DNA of 64,000 nt from assembly GCA_942493115.1 (NCBI GenBank), contig OW818678.1, forward strand, positions 3,033,214 to 3,097,213, given 5' to 3'. Positions 40,353-52,855 of the stretch are shown here, piece by piece. Position 1 is the stretch's first letter. Each line of letters starts with the position of its first letter. Source of the stretch: an uncultured Gammaproteobacteria bacterium. Lineage in GTDB: Bacteria; Pseudomonadota; Gammaproteobacteria; Enterobacterales; Alteromonadaceae. Position numbers and translations under genes: made by a program. The notes beneath the pieces were generated by a model. The model did no database searches. It was given only the letters and a program-made list of their open reading frames with translations, and was not told the DNA's origin.

Positions 40353-41054
40353 ATGAAAACAGCTATCAGCGCCATTGTTCTGGCTATCGGAACTCTTTCA
40401 GCAACCCCTGCTTTTGCCGGCTTTTCTGTAAATCTTGGTGCCATCAATGTGGCACCAAACGACAGCAGCAGTTCACTTAATGTGGTGGAACAAGTGGCTG
40501 GTTTACCGGCAGGCTCTACTGCAGTATCAGTCAATAACAATACTCAGCTGGGTTTAACGCTGGATTACAGCATCAACAAAAACTGGACTGTGGAGCTGAT
40601 TGCCGCCACACCTTTTAGCCATGATATTGAAGTGAAAGGCTCGGCTATTGATGGCCTGGATATCGGCAATACCAAACATCTGCCACCTACTTTATTGGCG
40701 CAATATCACTTTGATTTAGGCGACAGCAAGTTTGACCCTTTTGTTGGTGTTGGTCTGAACTACACCAAGTTTTTTGACTCTTCTGCTTCCGGCACCTTAA
40801 AAAACACCCTACAGGCACTGAAAGTCACCACCAGCGCTGATGATGTGGATCTGAAACTGGATGATAGTTTTGGTTTAGCCTTACAGGCCGGTGTGAACTA
40901 TCAAATAAACCCAAACTGGGGTGCCCATTTTATGGTCAGCAAAATGGACATTGATACCACAGGCGAAGTGAAAGTGAATGGCACCACTATTCAAAGCGTT
41001 GATGTGCAAATTGATCCGCTGGTGGTGATGCTGGGTGTACGCTGGACCATGTAA
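40353..41054 (+). CDS. ompW: Outer membrane protein OmpW
   Basis: Signal peptide, NNTQLGLT, VELIAATPFSH, KHLPPTLLAQYHF, PFVGVGLNYT, DPLVVMLGVRW. SD AAGGA before ATG 40353. Confidence 0.92.
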   Translation: MKTAISAIVLAIGTLSATPAFAGFSVNLGAINVAPNDSSSSLNVVEQVAGLPAGSTAVSVNNNTQLGLTLDYSINKNWTVELIAATPFSHDIEVKGSAIDGLDIGNTKHLPPTLLAQYHFDLGDSKFDPFVGVGLNYTKFFDSSASGTLKNTLQALKVTTSADDVDLKLDDSFGLALQAGVNYQINPNWGAHFMVSKMDIDTTGEVKVNGTTIQSVDVQIDPLVVMLGVRWTM

Positions 41055-41090
41055 TGGAAAAGGTAACCAGCATTTAACTACAACAAAAAG

Positions 41091-41118
41091 AAAAACAGCG
41101 GCATATGCCGCTGTTTTT
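41091..41118. terminator. Bidirectional intrinsic terminator between ompW and purL
   Basis: AAAAACAGCGGCA-TA-TGCCGCTGTTTTT. Confidence 0.85.
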
Positions 41119-41146
41119 ATATGGTTCGATCAGAGATTGATGGGGA

Positions 41147-44100
41147 TTAACCCAACCAGACCCGCGCGTTACGGAACATGCGCATCCACGGGCTATCTTC
41201 CTGCCACTCATCCGGATGCCAGCTGTTGCTGACAGCGCGGAACACCCGCTCAGGGTGCGGCATCATAATGGTGGCCCGGCCATCAGTACTGGTCAGTGCG
41301 GTAATACCCTTTGGTGAACCGTTCGGGTTGTTCGGGTATTGCTGCGTCACCTGACCATAGTTATCAACAAAACGCAGCGCTATGGTGCCGCTTTGTTCTG
41401 CTGCTGCTAAAGCGGCGCTGCTTGCAAACTCAGCATGACCTTCACCGTGCGACACCGCAATTGGCATCTGTGAACCGGCCATGCCAGCCATCAGCACCGA
41501 CGGGCTTTGTTGCACTTGCACTAAGCTAAAACGTGCTTCAAAACGGTCTGATTTATTGCGCACAAAACGTGGCCATAACTCAGCACCAGGAATAAGCGAC
41601 TTCAGGTTCGACACCATCTGACAACCGTTACAAACACCCAGCGTGAAAGTGCTGTCGCGTTCAAAGAAACGGGCAAACTCACTGCGTGCTTTGTCGTTAA
41701 ACAGAATGGACTTGGCCCAACCTTCACCGGCGCCTAATACGTCACCGTAAGAAAAACCACCACAAGCCACTAAACCGTTAAATTCCTCGAGACCACGACG
41801 ACCCGACAGAATATCGGACATATGCACGTCAACCGCAGTAAAACCAGCGCGGTTAAAAGCAGCCGCCATTTCAACATGAGAGTTCACACCCTGCTCACGC
41901 AGCACGGCAATGCGTGGTTTGGCGCCTTTGAGGATATAAGGCGCAGCTACATCTTCATTTAAATCAAAGCTTAACTTCACGTTTAAGCCCGGATCTTGCT
42001 GATCCGACTTCGCATCAAACTCTTGTTTGGCACAATCCGGGTTATCCCGCAGCGCCTGCATCTGATAGGTGGTTTCTGCCCAGATAGAACGTAAACGGGT
42101 GCGTGAATCGCTGAAAATAACCTTACCGGCACGTTGTACCACCAGCTCGTCGCTGTTGTTTACAGCGCCTAACAAATGGCTGTTGGTGCTGAGGTTAAAG
42201 TCGGCCAGCACTTGCTGCACATACGCAAGCTCAGTATCAGCCACCTGAATCACAGCACCTAACTCTTCGCTAAACAACAGCGCTAAATCGCTTTGGTTGT
42301 TTTGACCTAAAGCAGCCACGTCAACAGTCCAGCCTGCTTTACCGGCAAAGGCCATTTCTGCCAGTGTCAGCAACACACCACCGTCAGAACGGTCATGATA
42401 AGCCAGCAGTTTTTGCTCTGCGGTCAGTTTCTGCATAGCGTTAAAGAAGTTGATTAACAAATCTGGCGTGGCTAAATCCGGTGCCGTTTGGCCAAGCTGT
42501 TTGTACACCTGTGCTAAACAAGAAGCACCTAACCGGTTTTCACCAAGGCCTAAATCAATCAGCAATAAAGACGAAGCACCTTTGTCAGTACGTAGTTGTG
42601 GCGTGACGGTTTTACGCACATCTTCCACACGGGCAAAAGCGGTGATCACCAATGACAATGGTGAAGTAACAGCTTTGTCTTCACCGTTTTGTTGCCACTT
42701 GGTTTTCATCGACATCGAGTCTTTACCCACCGGAATAGTGACTTCCAGCGCCGGACATAACTCTTCACCTATGGCTTTTACAGCAGCATATAAACCAGCG
42801 TCTTCGCCCGGGTGACCGGCGGCTGACATCCAGTTGGCAGACAATTTAATGCGTTTTAATTCACCAATATCAGTGGCGGCAATGTTGGTAATAGCTTCAG
42901 CAACTGCCAGACGGGCTGATGCGGCAAAATCTAACAACGCAACAGGCGTACGTTCACCCATCGACATGGCTTCACCATGATAAGTGTCCAGTGCAGCTGT
43001 AGTTACAGCACAGTTAGCCACAGGCACCTGCCATGGGCCAACCATCTGGTCGCGTGCCACCATACCTGTGACAGAACGGTCACCAATGCTGATTAAAAAG
43101 GTTTTTTCGGCAATCGTTGGTAAACGTAATAAACGCTCAGTGGCATCTTTAATGCTGACACCGGCAAAATCTAACGCCTTACCGGCCGTTTGTTTTGATT
43201 CCACATCGCGGTGCATTTTTGGCGCTTTACCAAGCAGCACTGACAGCGGTAAATCAATTGGCGTATTGCCAAAATGTTTATCCGACAGCGTTAAGTGTTT
43301 TTCAGCAGTTGCTTCACCCACAACGGCATAAGGTGCCCGCTCGCGTTTACAAATCTGCTCAAACACCGGCATTTTGTCAGCCGGAATGGCCATCACATAA
43401 CGCTCTTGTGATTCGTTACACCAGATTTCCAGCGGCGACATGCCTGGCTCATCATTTGGCACGTTGCGCAGTTCAAATTTACCGCCGACACCACCGTCGT
43501 TCACCAGCTCAGGGAAAGCGTTGGATAAACCACCTGCACCGACGTCGTGAATAAAGACGATGGGGTTGTCGCTACCCAGCTGCCAGCAGCGGTCAATCAC
43601 TTCCTGACAACGGCGTTCAATTTCCGGGTTCTCGCGCTGCACTGAGGCAAAATCTAAATCTTCCGCCGATTGACCTGACGCCATTGACGAAGCAGCACCA
43701 CCACCCAAACCGATATTCATCGCCGGGCCGCCTAATACCACCAGCTTAGCGCCAACTGGTAAATCACCTTTTTGTACGTGTTCAGCACGAATGTTACCAA
43801 GACCACCGGCCAGCATAATTGGTTTGTGGTAACCACGAACTTCGTCGCCGTTATGGCTTGGCACCATTTCTTCGTAAGTACGGAAATAACCTAAGATATT
43901 CGGCCGGCCAAATTCGTTGTTAAAAGCAGCACCACCCAATGGGCCTTCAATCATGATATCGAGGGCCGTCACTATACGGTCTGGTTTGCCAAAATCGGTT
44001 TCCCAAGGTTGTTCAAAACCCGGAATACGTAAGTTCGACACTGAAAAACCAACCAAACCGGCTTTTGGTTTAGAACCAACACCTGTTGCGCCTTCGTCAC

Positions 44101-45049
44101 GGATTTCACCACCAGAACCAGTGGCAGCGCCAGGGAATGGCGAAATTGCTGTTGGGTGGTTGTGGGTTTCTACTTTCATCAGCACATGAATGTCTTCATG
44201 GTGATATTGGTATTCTTGTGAGTCTGGTTTTGGGAAAAACCGGCCGGCTTTTGAACCTTCCATCACGGCGGCGTTGTCTTTATAAGCCGACAACACATAA
44301 TCCGGCGTTTGTTCAAAAGTGTTTTTAATCATTTTAAACAGCGATTTAGGCTGCTCTACACCGTCAATGGTCCAGTCGGCGTTAAAAATTTTGTGACGGC
44401 AGTGCTCAGAGTTGGCCTGCGCGAACATATAAAGTTCGATGTCGTTTGGGTTACGACCCAAAGTTTTGAAGTTGCTGACCAGATAATCAATTTCATCGTC
44501 AGCTAACGCCAGACCTAAACGGATATTGGCTTCAACCAAAGCATCGCGGCCACCGGTTAAAATATTGACCGACGATAATTGGGCAGGTTCAGCTTTACGG
44601 AACAAAGCTTGCGCCTGAGTCAGTTCAGTAAATACCGATTCCATCATGCGGTCATGTAATAACGCCGCCAGCTGCTTATGTTCATCCGCCGTTAACGCGC
44701 GGCTGCTATCAACATAATAAGCCAGGCCACGTTCTAACCTGTTGATTTGGTTTAGACCACAGTTATGAGCAATGTCGGTGGCTTTGGACGACCATGGCGA
44801 AATAGTGCCTGGTCTTGGCGTCACCAACAGCAAAAATCCTGTTGGTTGATGGCTGGTGATGGTAGGTCCGTAGGTCAGTAATTTATCCAGTACTGTCTGC
44901 TGCTGGGCGGTTAATTCCCCTACAACATCAGCAAAATGGACAAACTCGGCATAAATTGCAGTGACAGGTAACGCCGCTTTGGCGCATTGATCGATGAACT
45001 TTTGAATTCTGAACTCGGACAGTGCTGGTGCACCACGCAGGATCAACAT
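41147..45049 (-). CDS. purL: Phosphoribosylformylglycinamidine synthase (large type)
   Basis: [62 protein letters not shown]. Confidence 0.99.
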   Translation of the reverse strand: MLILRGAPALSEFRIQKFIDQCAKAALPVTAIYAEFVHFADVVGELTAQQQTVLDKLLTYGPTITSHQPTGFLLLVTPRPGTISPWSSKATDIAHNCGLNQINRLERGLAYYVDSSRALTADEHKQLAALLHDRMMESVFTELTQAQALFRKAEPAQLSSVNILTGGRDALVEANIRLGLALADDEIDYLVSNFKTLGRNPNDIELYMFAQANSEHCRHKIFNADWTIDGVEQPKSLFKMIKNTFEQTPDYVLSAYKDNAAVMEGSKAGRFFPKPDSQEYQYHHEDIHVLMKVETHNHPTAISPFPGAATGSGGEIRDEGATGVGSKPKAGLVGFSVSNLRIPGFEQPWETDFGKPDRIVTALDIMIEGPLGGAAFNNEFGRPNILGYFRTYEEMVPSHNGDEVRGYHKPIMLAGGLGNIRAEHVQKGDLPVGAKLVVLGGPAMNIGLGGGAASSMASGQSAEDLDFASVQRENPEIERRCQEVIDRCWQLGSDNPIVFIHDVGAGGLSNAFPELVNDGGVGGKFELRNVPNDEPGMSPLEIWCNESQERYVMAIPADKMPVFEQICKRERAPYAVVGEATAEKHLTLSDKHFGNTPIDLPLSVLLGKAPKMHRDVESKQTAGKALDFAGVSIKDATERLLRLPTIAEKTFLISIGDRSVTGMVARDQMVGPWQVPVANCAVTTAALDTYHGEAMSMGERTPVALLDFAASARLAVAEAITNIAATDIGELKRIKLSANWMSAAGHPGEDAGLYAAVKAIGEELCPALEVTIPVGKDSMSMKTKWQQNGEDKAVTSPLSLVITAFARVEDVRKTVTPQLRTDKGASSLLLIDLGLGENRLGASCLAQVYKQLGQTAPDLATPDLLINFFNAMQKLTAEQKLLAYHDRSDGGVLLTLAEMAFAGKAGWTVDVAALGQNNQSDLALLFSEELGAVIQVADTELAYVQQVLADFNLSTNSHLLGAVNNSDELVVQRAGKVIFSDSRTRLRSIWAETTYQMQALRDNPDCAKQEFDAKSDQQDPGLNVKLSFDLNEDVAAPYILKGAKPRIAVLREQGVNSHVEMAAAFNRAGFTAVDVHMSDILSGRRGLEEFNGLVACGGFSYGDVLGAGEGWAKSILFNDKARSEFARFFERDSTFTLGVCNGCQMVSNLKSLIPGAELWPRFVRNKSDRFEARFSLVQVQQSPSVLMAGMAGSQMPIAVSHGEGHAEFASSAALAAAEQSGTIALRFVDNYGQVTQQYPNNPNGSPKGITALTSTDGRATIMMPHPERVFRAVSNSWHPDEWQEDSPWMRMFRNARVWLG

Positions 45050-45201
45050 AGGCTTTTTTCCCGTGGGTTGAACGTCGATGGAACCTCAAATCAGGCGCTG
45101 CATTATATAGAAGAACCAACACAAAGGGTATGAGTAAAAACTGACGACAAGGCGGATTTTTGATATAACTGGCGGCTCAATTTTGGTGAAGGCAAAAAAT
45201 A

Positions 45202-46710
45202 ATGCGTTGTAAATTGCTGTTGATAGTACTGATGATAGTGCTGATGCTGAGCCTGGCTGCTTGTACGCCAGCGCCAGAACCTATGCATTTACATCAGATT
45301 TATCAACGCGATAGCATCCGGGTCGGCATCTTAAACGGCCCTACTAGTTATTATGTTACCGCAGATGGCGCCACAGGTTATGAGTATGAACTGGCGGTTG
45401 CACTGGCCGACAAACTGGGGGTGAAATTAGATCTGGTCCCCAGCTTTCATTTAGAAGAATTGCTGGAAAAACTGCGCACCGGCCAGGTGGATGTGATTGC
45501 ATCCGGCTCCACTGTTTCAGAAAGCCTGCGTCAGCAATACCGTTTGGCCCCGGCTTATCAGTGGAGTGATGAAGTACTGGTATTTCGCCAAAGTGACAAA
45601 AAGCCCAAATCACTGGCTGAACTTGCCGCCCCTGTGGTGGTGTTAAAAGGCTCAAGTCAGGCCGAAACTTTGCTGCATAAACAAAAAGAGCTGCCTGAGC
45701 TTGCCATTCAGTTAAATGAAACCGATGACGCCACTGAGTTATTACAACAAGTGGCAGACGGCAAAATTCAATACACTGTCGCCGACTCGCATTTATTGGC
45801 CATTAATCAACGTTTTTATCCCAACCTTGGCACGGCCATGGTGTTAAAAAGTCAGCAACCGGTGGCCTGGTTATTGGCCAAAAATAATGACGACTCTTTA
45901 ATGAGTGTGCTGGTGGAGTTTTTTGGCCGCAGTTACGAAGGCGCTGAGTTATTAAGTTTAGAAGATAAATATTTTGGCCATGTCAGGCGTTTTAACTACG
46001 CCGATACGCTGGATTATATTGAAGCTATTGATAAAACCCTGCCGCGTTACCGTGCTTTATTTGAACAACATTCCGGCAATTTAGACTGGCGTTTGCTGGC
46101 CGCAATTGCTTATCAGGAATCACGTTGGGACCCTAAAGCCCGTAGTCCACAAGGTGTAGTGGGCATGATGATGTTAACAGTGAACACCGCCAATTTAATG
46201 AAAGTCACCAGCCGGGTTGATGCAGCGCAAAGTATCAGAGGCGGCAGTAAATACCTGCAAAAGTTAATCGACCGTATACCGGAGAGGGTTCAAATGCCGG
46301 ACCGGCTTTGGTTTGCTTTGGCTGGCTACAATATTGGTTATAACCACGTGGAAAGCGCCCGCATGCTGACTGAAAAAGATGGTGCCGACCCTGATAAATG
46401 GGCAGAAGTAAAACAACGTTTGTCATTATTACGCCAACGCAAATATTACAGCCAGACCCGTACCGGTTACGCCAGGGGCGATCACGCTGTTTATTATGTG
46501 GAAAATATCCGCCGTTATTTTGATACCCTGCTGTGGGTGGATGAGAAAAAACAGGCCGAGCTCAAAGTTCAGCAACAAAAACAGAAGCTTGCGGAAGAAT
46601 ATAGCGAACAGCTTGAAGCTGCTGCCAATAAACCTGTGGTGAAAGACCATAAAAAACCAGCCAAAACCGGCAACCAGACTGATAAATCAGGCCCTGGCAG
46701 CAAAAATTAA
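45202..46710 (+). CDS. mltF: Membrane-bound lytic murein transglycosylase F
   Basis: Lipobox LAAC, periplasmic binding domain (GYEYEL), SLT domain (AYQESRWDP, GMMML, ALAGYNIG, GYARG..AV.YV.NI). Divergent from purL. Confidence 0.92.
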   Translation: MRCKLLLIVLMIVLMLSLAACTPAPEPMHLHQIYQRDSIRVGILNGPTSYYVTADGATGYEYELAVALADKLGVKLDLVPSFHLEELLEKLRTGQVDVIASGSTVSESLRQQYRLAPAYQWSDEVLVFRQSDKKPKSLAELAAPVVVLKGSSQAETLLHKQKELPELAIQLNETDDATELLQQVADGKIQYTVADSHLLAINQRFYPNLGTAMVLKSQQPVAWLLAKNNDDSLMSVLVEFFGRSYEGAELLSLEDKYFGHVRRFNYADTLDYIEAIDKTLPRYRALFEQHSGNLDWRLLAAIAYQESRWDPKARSPQGVVGMMMLTVNTANLMKVTSRVDAAQSIRGGSKYLQKLIDRIPERVQMPDRLWFALAGYNIGYNHVESARMLTEKDGADPDKWAEVKQRLSLLRQRKYYSQTRTGYARGDHAVYYVENIRRYFDTLLWVDEKKQAELKVQQQKQKLAEEYSEQLEAAANKPVVKDHKKPAKTGNQTDKSGPGSKN

Positions 46711-46752
46711 CCAAACAAAAACTGTATCTGCGCTGTTAGCCATCAAGCCAGC

Positions 46753-46781
46753 TTGAGATAAAATGCAACGCTGTTTATAGT
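46753..46781 (+). promoter_or_regulatory. Sigma70-type promoter of the small basic ORF
   Basis: TTGAGA-17 nt-TATAGT followed by GC-rich GGCGGGC. Confidence 0.6.
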
Positions 46782-46813
46782 GGCGGGCTGTCATACCGGA
46801 GCTGGAGTGCTGA

Positions 46814-46981
46814 ATGCTCAAACGTAAAAGACCCAAAATGTTAAGAAAACGCCGCATTATGGATGTTGGCGCAGTACGTCGTCGTATTAAACGTAATGTG
46901 GCTGTGATGAAACTGCATCGCAGACAACGTAATTTCCAGACTATCCTGCACACCGAACAACAAAACGAAGCTGCGTGCTGA
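46814..46981 (+). CDS. Putative 55-aa Arg/Lys-rich small protein (not in the ORF track)
   Basis: MLKRKRPKMLRKRRIMDVGAVRRRIKRNVAVMKLHRRQRNFQTILHTEQQNEAAC*. SD GGAG 6 nt upstream, own promoter, fills the mltF-tadA gap without overlap. Confidence 0.7.
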   Translation: MLKRKRPKMLRKRRIMDVGAVRRRIKRNVAVMKLHRRQRNFQTILHTEQQNEAAC

Positions 46982-46990
46982 AATTTTGTG

Positions 46991-47593
<603 letters not shown>

Positions 47594-47668
47594 CTATTTT
47601 CTGGTGAAGTTGCCAAAGAGCTCAGATACCAGCTTTTGCAACACATTGTTTTCATTGAGTTATAACTT

Positions 47669-47684
47669 TGGTATAACAATTGCT
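47669..47684 (+). promoter_or_regulatory. Sigma54 (-24/-12) promoter of the PspB-like gene
   Basis: TGGTATAACAATTGCT has exact GG-N10-GC spacing with TGG and TTGC, 35 nt before the ATG. Confidence 0.6.
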
Positions 47685-47719
47685 ATTCTTCAAATCATTT
47701 CAACAAGAAGGGAAACATC

Positions 47720-47938
47720 ATGGGTGTATTTGATATTGGTTTTGTCGCAGTAGTTCTGGCTTTTGCCTATGCATTTTATGAACAACGTAATAAAACGAAA
47801 GTGAAGTTACAAAATGCCGGCGCCGGCAGTGAAGCATTACAGCAAGAAATTGCAGATTTAAAACAGCGGGTTGCAACGCTGGAAGCCATAGTGACCGACA
47901 AATCTTATAACCTGAAACAACAAATTAGCCAGCTTTGA
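47720..47938 (+). CDS. Small single-pass membrane protein with coiled coil, PspB-like
   Basis: 72 aa; N-terminal TM, C-terminal EIADLKQRVATLEAIVTD resembling the PspB R-I-x-x-L-E-x-I-L-D motif. Confidence 0.7.
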   Translation: MGVFDIGFVAVVLAFAYAFYEQRNKTKVKLQNAGAGSEALQQEIADLKQRVATLEAIVTDKSYNLKQQISQL

Positions 47939-47960
47939 GCCAAGCGCAAGAGCAAAAAAC

Positions 47961-47984
47961 AAAAGGAGCCTGAAGGCTCCTTTT
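47961..47984. terminator. Bidirectional intrinsic terminator
   Basis: AAAAGGAGCC-TGAA-GGCTCCTTTT between the PspB-like gene and guaA. Confidence 0.85.
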
Positions 47985-48026
47985 ACGTTTTTACGCAGAT
48001 GATGGCAATAGCCGCCAATACCGGCT

Positions 48027-49604
48027 TTATTCCCACTCAATGGTCGCTGGTGGTTTACCGGAAACGTCGTAAACCACACGGGAAATGCCGTTTACTTCAT
48101 TGATGATGCGGTTCGACACATGACCCAGCAGCTCGTATGGCAGGTGTGCCCAGTGCGCAGTCATAAAGTCGACGGTTTGTACTGCACGCAGAGAAACCAC
48201 CCAATCGTATTTACGACCATCACCCATCACACCCACTGATTTTACCGGCAGGAATACAGTAAATGCCTGGCTGACTTGCTCGTACCAACCGGATTTATGC
48301 AATTCTTCAATAAAAATCGCATCGGCTTTACGCAATAAATCACAATATTCTTTTTTCACTTCACCCAGCACCCGCACCCCTAAACCAGGGCCAGGGAACG
48401 GGTGGCGGTACAGCATGTCGTAGGGCAGACCCAGTGCCAGGCCCACTTTGCGCACTTCGTCTTTAAAGAGTTCACGCAGCGGCTCAACCAGACCCATTTT
48501 CATTTCCGCTGGCAGGCCACCAACGTTATGGTGTGATTTAATCACATGGGCTTTGCCGGTTTTAGAAGCAGCAGATTCAATGACATCAGGATAAATAGTG
48601 CCCTGAGCTAACCATTTGGCATTGGTTAACTTTTTCGCTTCTTCGTCAAATACTTCCACAAAAACACGACCAATAATTTTACGTTTGGCTTCTGGTTCTG
48701 CTTCTGAGGCCAAAGCATTCAGGAAACGATCTTCAGCTTTGACATGAATAATGTTCAGACCAAAATGGTCACCAAACATATCCATCACTTGCTGGCCTTC
48801 GTTTAAACGCAATAAACCGTTATCAACAAAGACACAGGTCAGGTTTTTGCCGATAGCGCGGTGTAGCAGCATGGCCACTACCGAAGAGTCAACACCACCG
48901 GACAGGCCTAAAATGACCTGATCGTCACCCACTTGTTTTTTGATGTTGGCAATAGCGTCATCAATGATGGTGGCTGGGGTCCAGAGTTTTTCACAACCGC
49001 AGATATCAACAACAAACTGTTCCAGCATGCGCAAACCCTGACGGGTATGGGTCACTTCAGGGTGGAACTGTACACCGTAGAATTGCTTGGTTTCATTGGC
49101 CATAGCGGCATGCGGGCAAGTTGGCGTTTGGGCAGTGGTAACAAAACCAGCTGGAATTTCAACAACTTTATCGCCGTGGCTCATCCAGACGTCCAATAAA
49201 CCGTGGCCTTTGTCATTCACGTGATCTTCAATGCCGGCAAACATCGGGTTATTGGCAATAATTTCTACCTGCGCATAACCAAATTCACGTTTGTCAGAGC
49301 TGGCAACTTTACCACCTAACTGCTCGGCCATGGTTTGCATGCCATAACAAACGCCTAATACCGGCACATTGGCTTCAAACACATACTGCGGCGCCCGTGG
49401 TGAACCGGCTTCGGTCACACTCTCAGGGCCGCCAGATAAAATAATACCGGTCGGGTTAAATTCAGCGATTTGTTCAGCTGTGACATCCCAGGCCCAGAGT
49501 TCACAATAAACGCCAATTTCGCGGACACGACGCGCGATTAACTGGGTATATTGCGAACCGAAGTCGAGGATCAGAATACGGTGGAAATGGATATTTTTGC
49601 TCAT
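48027..49604 (-). CDS. guaA: GMP synthase (glutamine-hydrolysing)
   Basis: [56 protein letters not shown]. Confidence 0.99.
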   Translation of the reverse strand: MSKNIHFHRILILDFGSQYTQLIARRVREIGVYCELWAWDVTAEQIAEFNPTGIILSGGPESVTEAGSPRAPQYVFEANVPVLGVCYGMQTMAEQLGGKVASSDKREFGYAQVEIIANNPMFAGIEDHVNDKGHGLLDVWMSHGDKVVEIPAGFVTTAQTPTCPHAAMANETKQFYGVQFHPEVTHTRQGLRMLEQFVVDICGCEKLWTPATIIDDAIANIKKQVGDDQVILGLSGGVDSSVVAMLLHRAIGKNLTCVFVDNGLLRLNEGQQVMDMFGDHFGLNIIHVKAEDRFLNALASEAEPEAKRKIIGRVFVEVFDEEAKKLTNAKWLAQGTIYPDVIESAASKTGKAHVIKSHHNVGGLPAEMKMGLVEPLRELFKDEVRKVGLALGLPYDMLYRHPFPGPGLGVRVLGEVKKEYCDLLRKADAIFIEELHKSGWYEQVSQAFTVFLPVKSVGVMGDGRKYDWVVSLRAVQTVDFMTAHWAHLPYELLGHVSNRIINEVNGISRVVYDVSGKPPATIEWE

Positions 49605-49704
49605 ATCAACCTTGTGTCGGTAGCTGGCCAGTTAACACTGGCCGGAAAAACCACGCTGGCACGCACCAGCGATAAAAACCACACCAGCATAGCTGCCAGC
49701 GCTT

Positions 49705-49855
49705 TATCCCCATCATCCCTGAAGCCGCGGGGGCTGCTTTCACTCACTGGGAAACCAGCCGCCCTATCGCATAACTCACTACGCTCATGGGTCGGACTGG
49801 CGTTCCAGAACCGTTCAATTGCCGCCTACCCGCATCATCAATGATTTAGGGGATA
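49705..49855. repeat. ERIC/IRU-like miniature inverted-repeat element, 151-bp variant
   Basis: Terminal inverted repeat TATCCCC...GGGGATA. Internal segments GGCTGCTTTCACTCAC and TTGCCGCCTACCCGCATCATCAATGATTTAGGGGATA follow the ERIC consensus as I recall it. Long nested hairpin. Confidence 0.75.
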
Positions 49856-49858
49856 TCA

Positions 49859-51400
<1,542 letters not shown>

Positions 51401-51473
51401 TCACAACGCATTTTTTACTTTTGTGGTAGATTAGCAAAAGTTTTCGTTAAAGCGCTTTGCCAGAACCCCAGCT

Positions 51474-52814
51474 ATGCAACAAGCCGATATCTACACAGTT
51501 TCCCGGTTAAACTCCGAAGTTCGCCTCACCTTAGAGCTGCAATTCCGTCAGTTATGGCTGGTCGGTGAAGTGTCAAATTTTGTCGCTGCCAGCTCAGGTC
51601 ACTGGTATTTTTCACTGAAAGATCAAGCGGCTCAGGTCAAAGTTGCGATGTTTAAAACCACCAACCGCAACGCCACTTTTACCCCACGCAATGGCCAGCA
51701 AGTGATGGTGCGTGCCCGCATCAGCGTGTACGAGCCGCGTGGTGAATATCAGTTATTGGCCGATTTTATTGAACCGGCCGGTGACGGATTATTACGACAA
51801 CAATATGAACAACTGAAAGCCAAATTGGCCGCCGAAGGTTTATTTGCGCCAGAGCGGAAAAAGCCACTGCCACAAAACGCCCAAAAAATTGGTGTGATCA
51901 CCTCACCAACAGGCGCTGCTATCCGCGATATTCTGACGGTGTTAAAACGCCGTGCGCCAGGTATTGAAATTGTTATTTACCCCTCTTTGGTGCAAGGTGC
52001 TCAGGCTGCCAGCGATTTAACTGCTGCGCTGAATCATGCCATCCGCCGCAATGAATGTGATGTGTTGATCATCGGCCGTGGGGGTGGTTCATTAGAAGAT
52101 ATGTGGTGTTTTAACGACGAAACGCTCTGCCGTACTATTGCCCATTGCCCCATTGCTATTGTCAGCGCTGTTGGCCATGAAATTGATTTTTCCATCAGCG
52201 ATTTTGTTGCCGATTTACGTGCTGCCACCCCTTCGGCAGCGGCTGAACTGGTATCACCGGATCAACAACATCAGCTTGCTACTTTATTGCAATTAAAACA
52301 GCGTCTTAGCCAAAGCATCAGGCAAAAGCTCGGACAAAAAGCCCAGCAGTTTTTACATCAGCACAGTAAGTTGCAGTTATTACACCCGGCCAGACGTTTG
52401 CAACAGCAACAACAACGGTTGGATGAATTGCAAATCCGCTTGCAGCAGTCGGTGTTACATAAATTACAGCAAAGCCAGCAACAGCTTCAGCTGCAACAAA
52501 AAGCTTTGTGGTTATTGTCGCCGGAGCAACAACTCAAACGGCAGCAACTTAAACTGCAACAGTTACAGCAGCGTTTAGAACGTGGCTTTAGCCAGCAGCT
52601 GGCGAAAAAACAACAAAGCTGGCAGGCACTTAGCCGCGAGCTGCATACCGTCAGCCCGCTAGCCACCTTACAACGGGGTTATAGTATTGTGTTTGATGCA
52701 AACAACACTGTGGTGAAATCTGTATCCCAGCTGCAACAAGGTGATTTAGTGCAGATGAAACTGGCGGATGGTGAGGTTCAAGCGCAAATTAGCGCAGTCA
52801 AGCCACAACAATAA
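51474..52814 (+). CDS. xseA: Exodeoxyribonuclease VII large subunit
   Basis: GEVSNF..ASSGHWYFSLKD, GVITSPTGAAIRD, GRGGGSLEDMWCFN, SAVGHEID, AATPSAAAE, SPLATLQRGY. Confidence 0.97.
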   Translation: MQQADIYTVSRLNSEVRLTLELQFRQLWLVGEVSNFVAASSGHWYFSLKDQAAQVKVAMFKTTNRNATFTPRNGQQVMVRARISVYEPRGEYQLLADFIEPAGDGLLRQQYEQLKAKLAAEGLFAPERKKPLPQNAQKIGVITSPTGAAIRDILTVLKRRAPGIEIVIYPSLVQGAQAASDLTAALNHAIRRNECDVLIIGRGGGSLEDMWCFNDETLCRTIAHCPIAIVSAVGHEIDFSISDFVADLRAATPSAAAELVSPDQQHQLATLLQLKQRLSQSIRQKLGQKAQQFLHQHSKLQLLHPARRLQQQQQRLDELQIRLQQSVLHKLQQSQQQLQLQQKALWLLSPEQQLKRQQLKLQQLQQRLERGFSQQLAKKQQSWQALSRELHTVSPLATLQRGYSIVFDANNTVVKSVSQLQQGDLVQMKLADGEVQAQISAVKPQQ

Positions 52815-52855
52815 CAGCAACAAGTATAAAAAAGCCGGCAACATTAGCGCTGCGC

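Noticed and set aside
45050-45201. Search for a PurR box or purine riboswitch upstream of purL
   Set aside because: None recognisable. Only a TATAAT (45102-45107, minus strand) without a good -35.
49551-49844. 97-aa plus-strand ORF crossing the ERIC-like element
   Set aside because: It is antisense to guaBA and runs through a structured repeat, with no motifs. It is not a transposase.
52260-52640. Gln-rich stretch in XseA
   Set aside because: This is the usual XseA coiled-coil region plus a Gln bias seen across the window. It is not a DNA tandem repeat.
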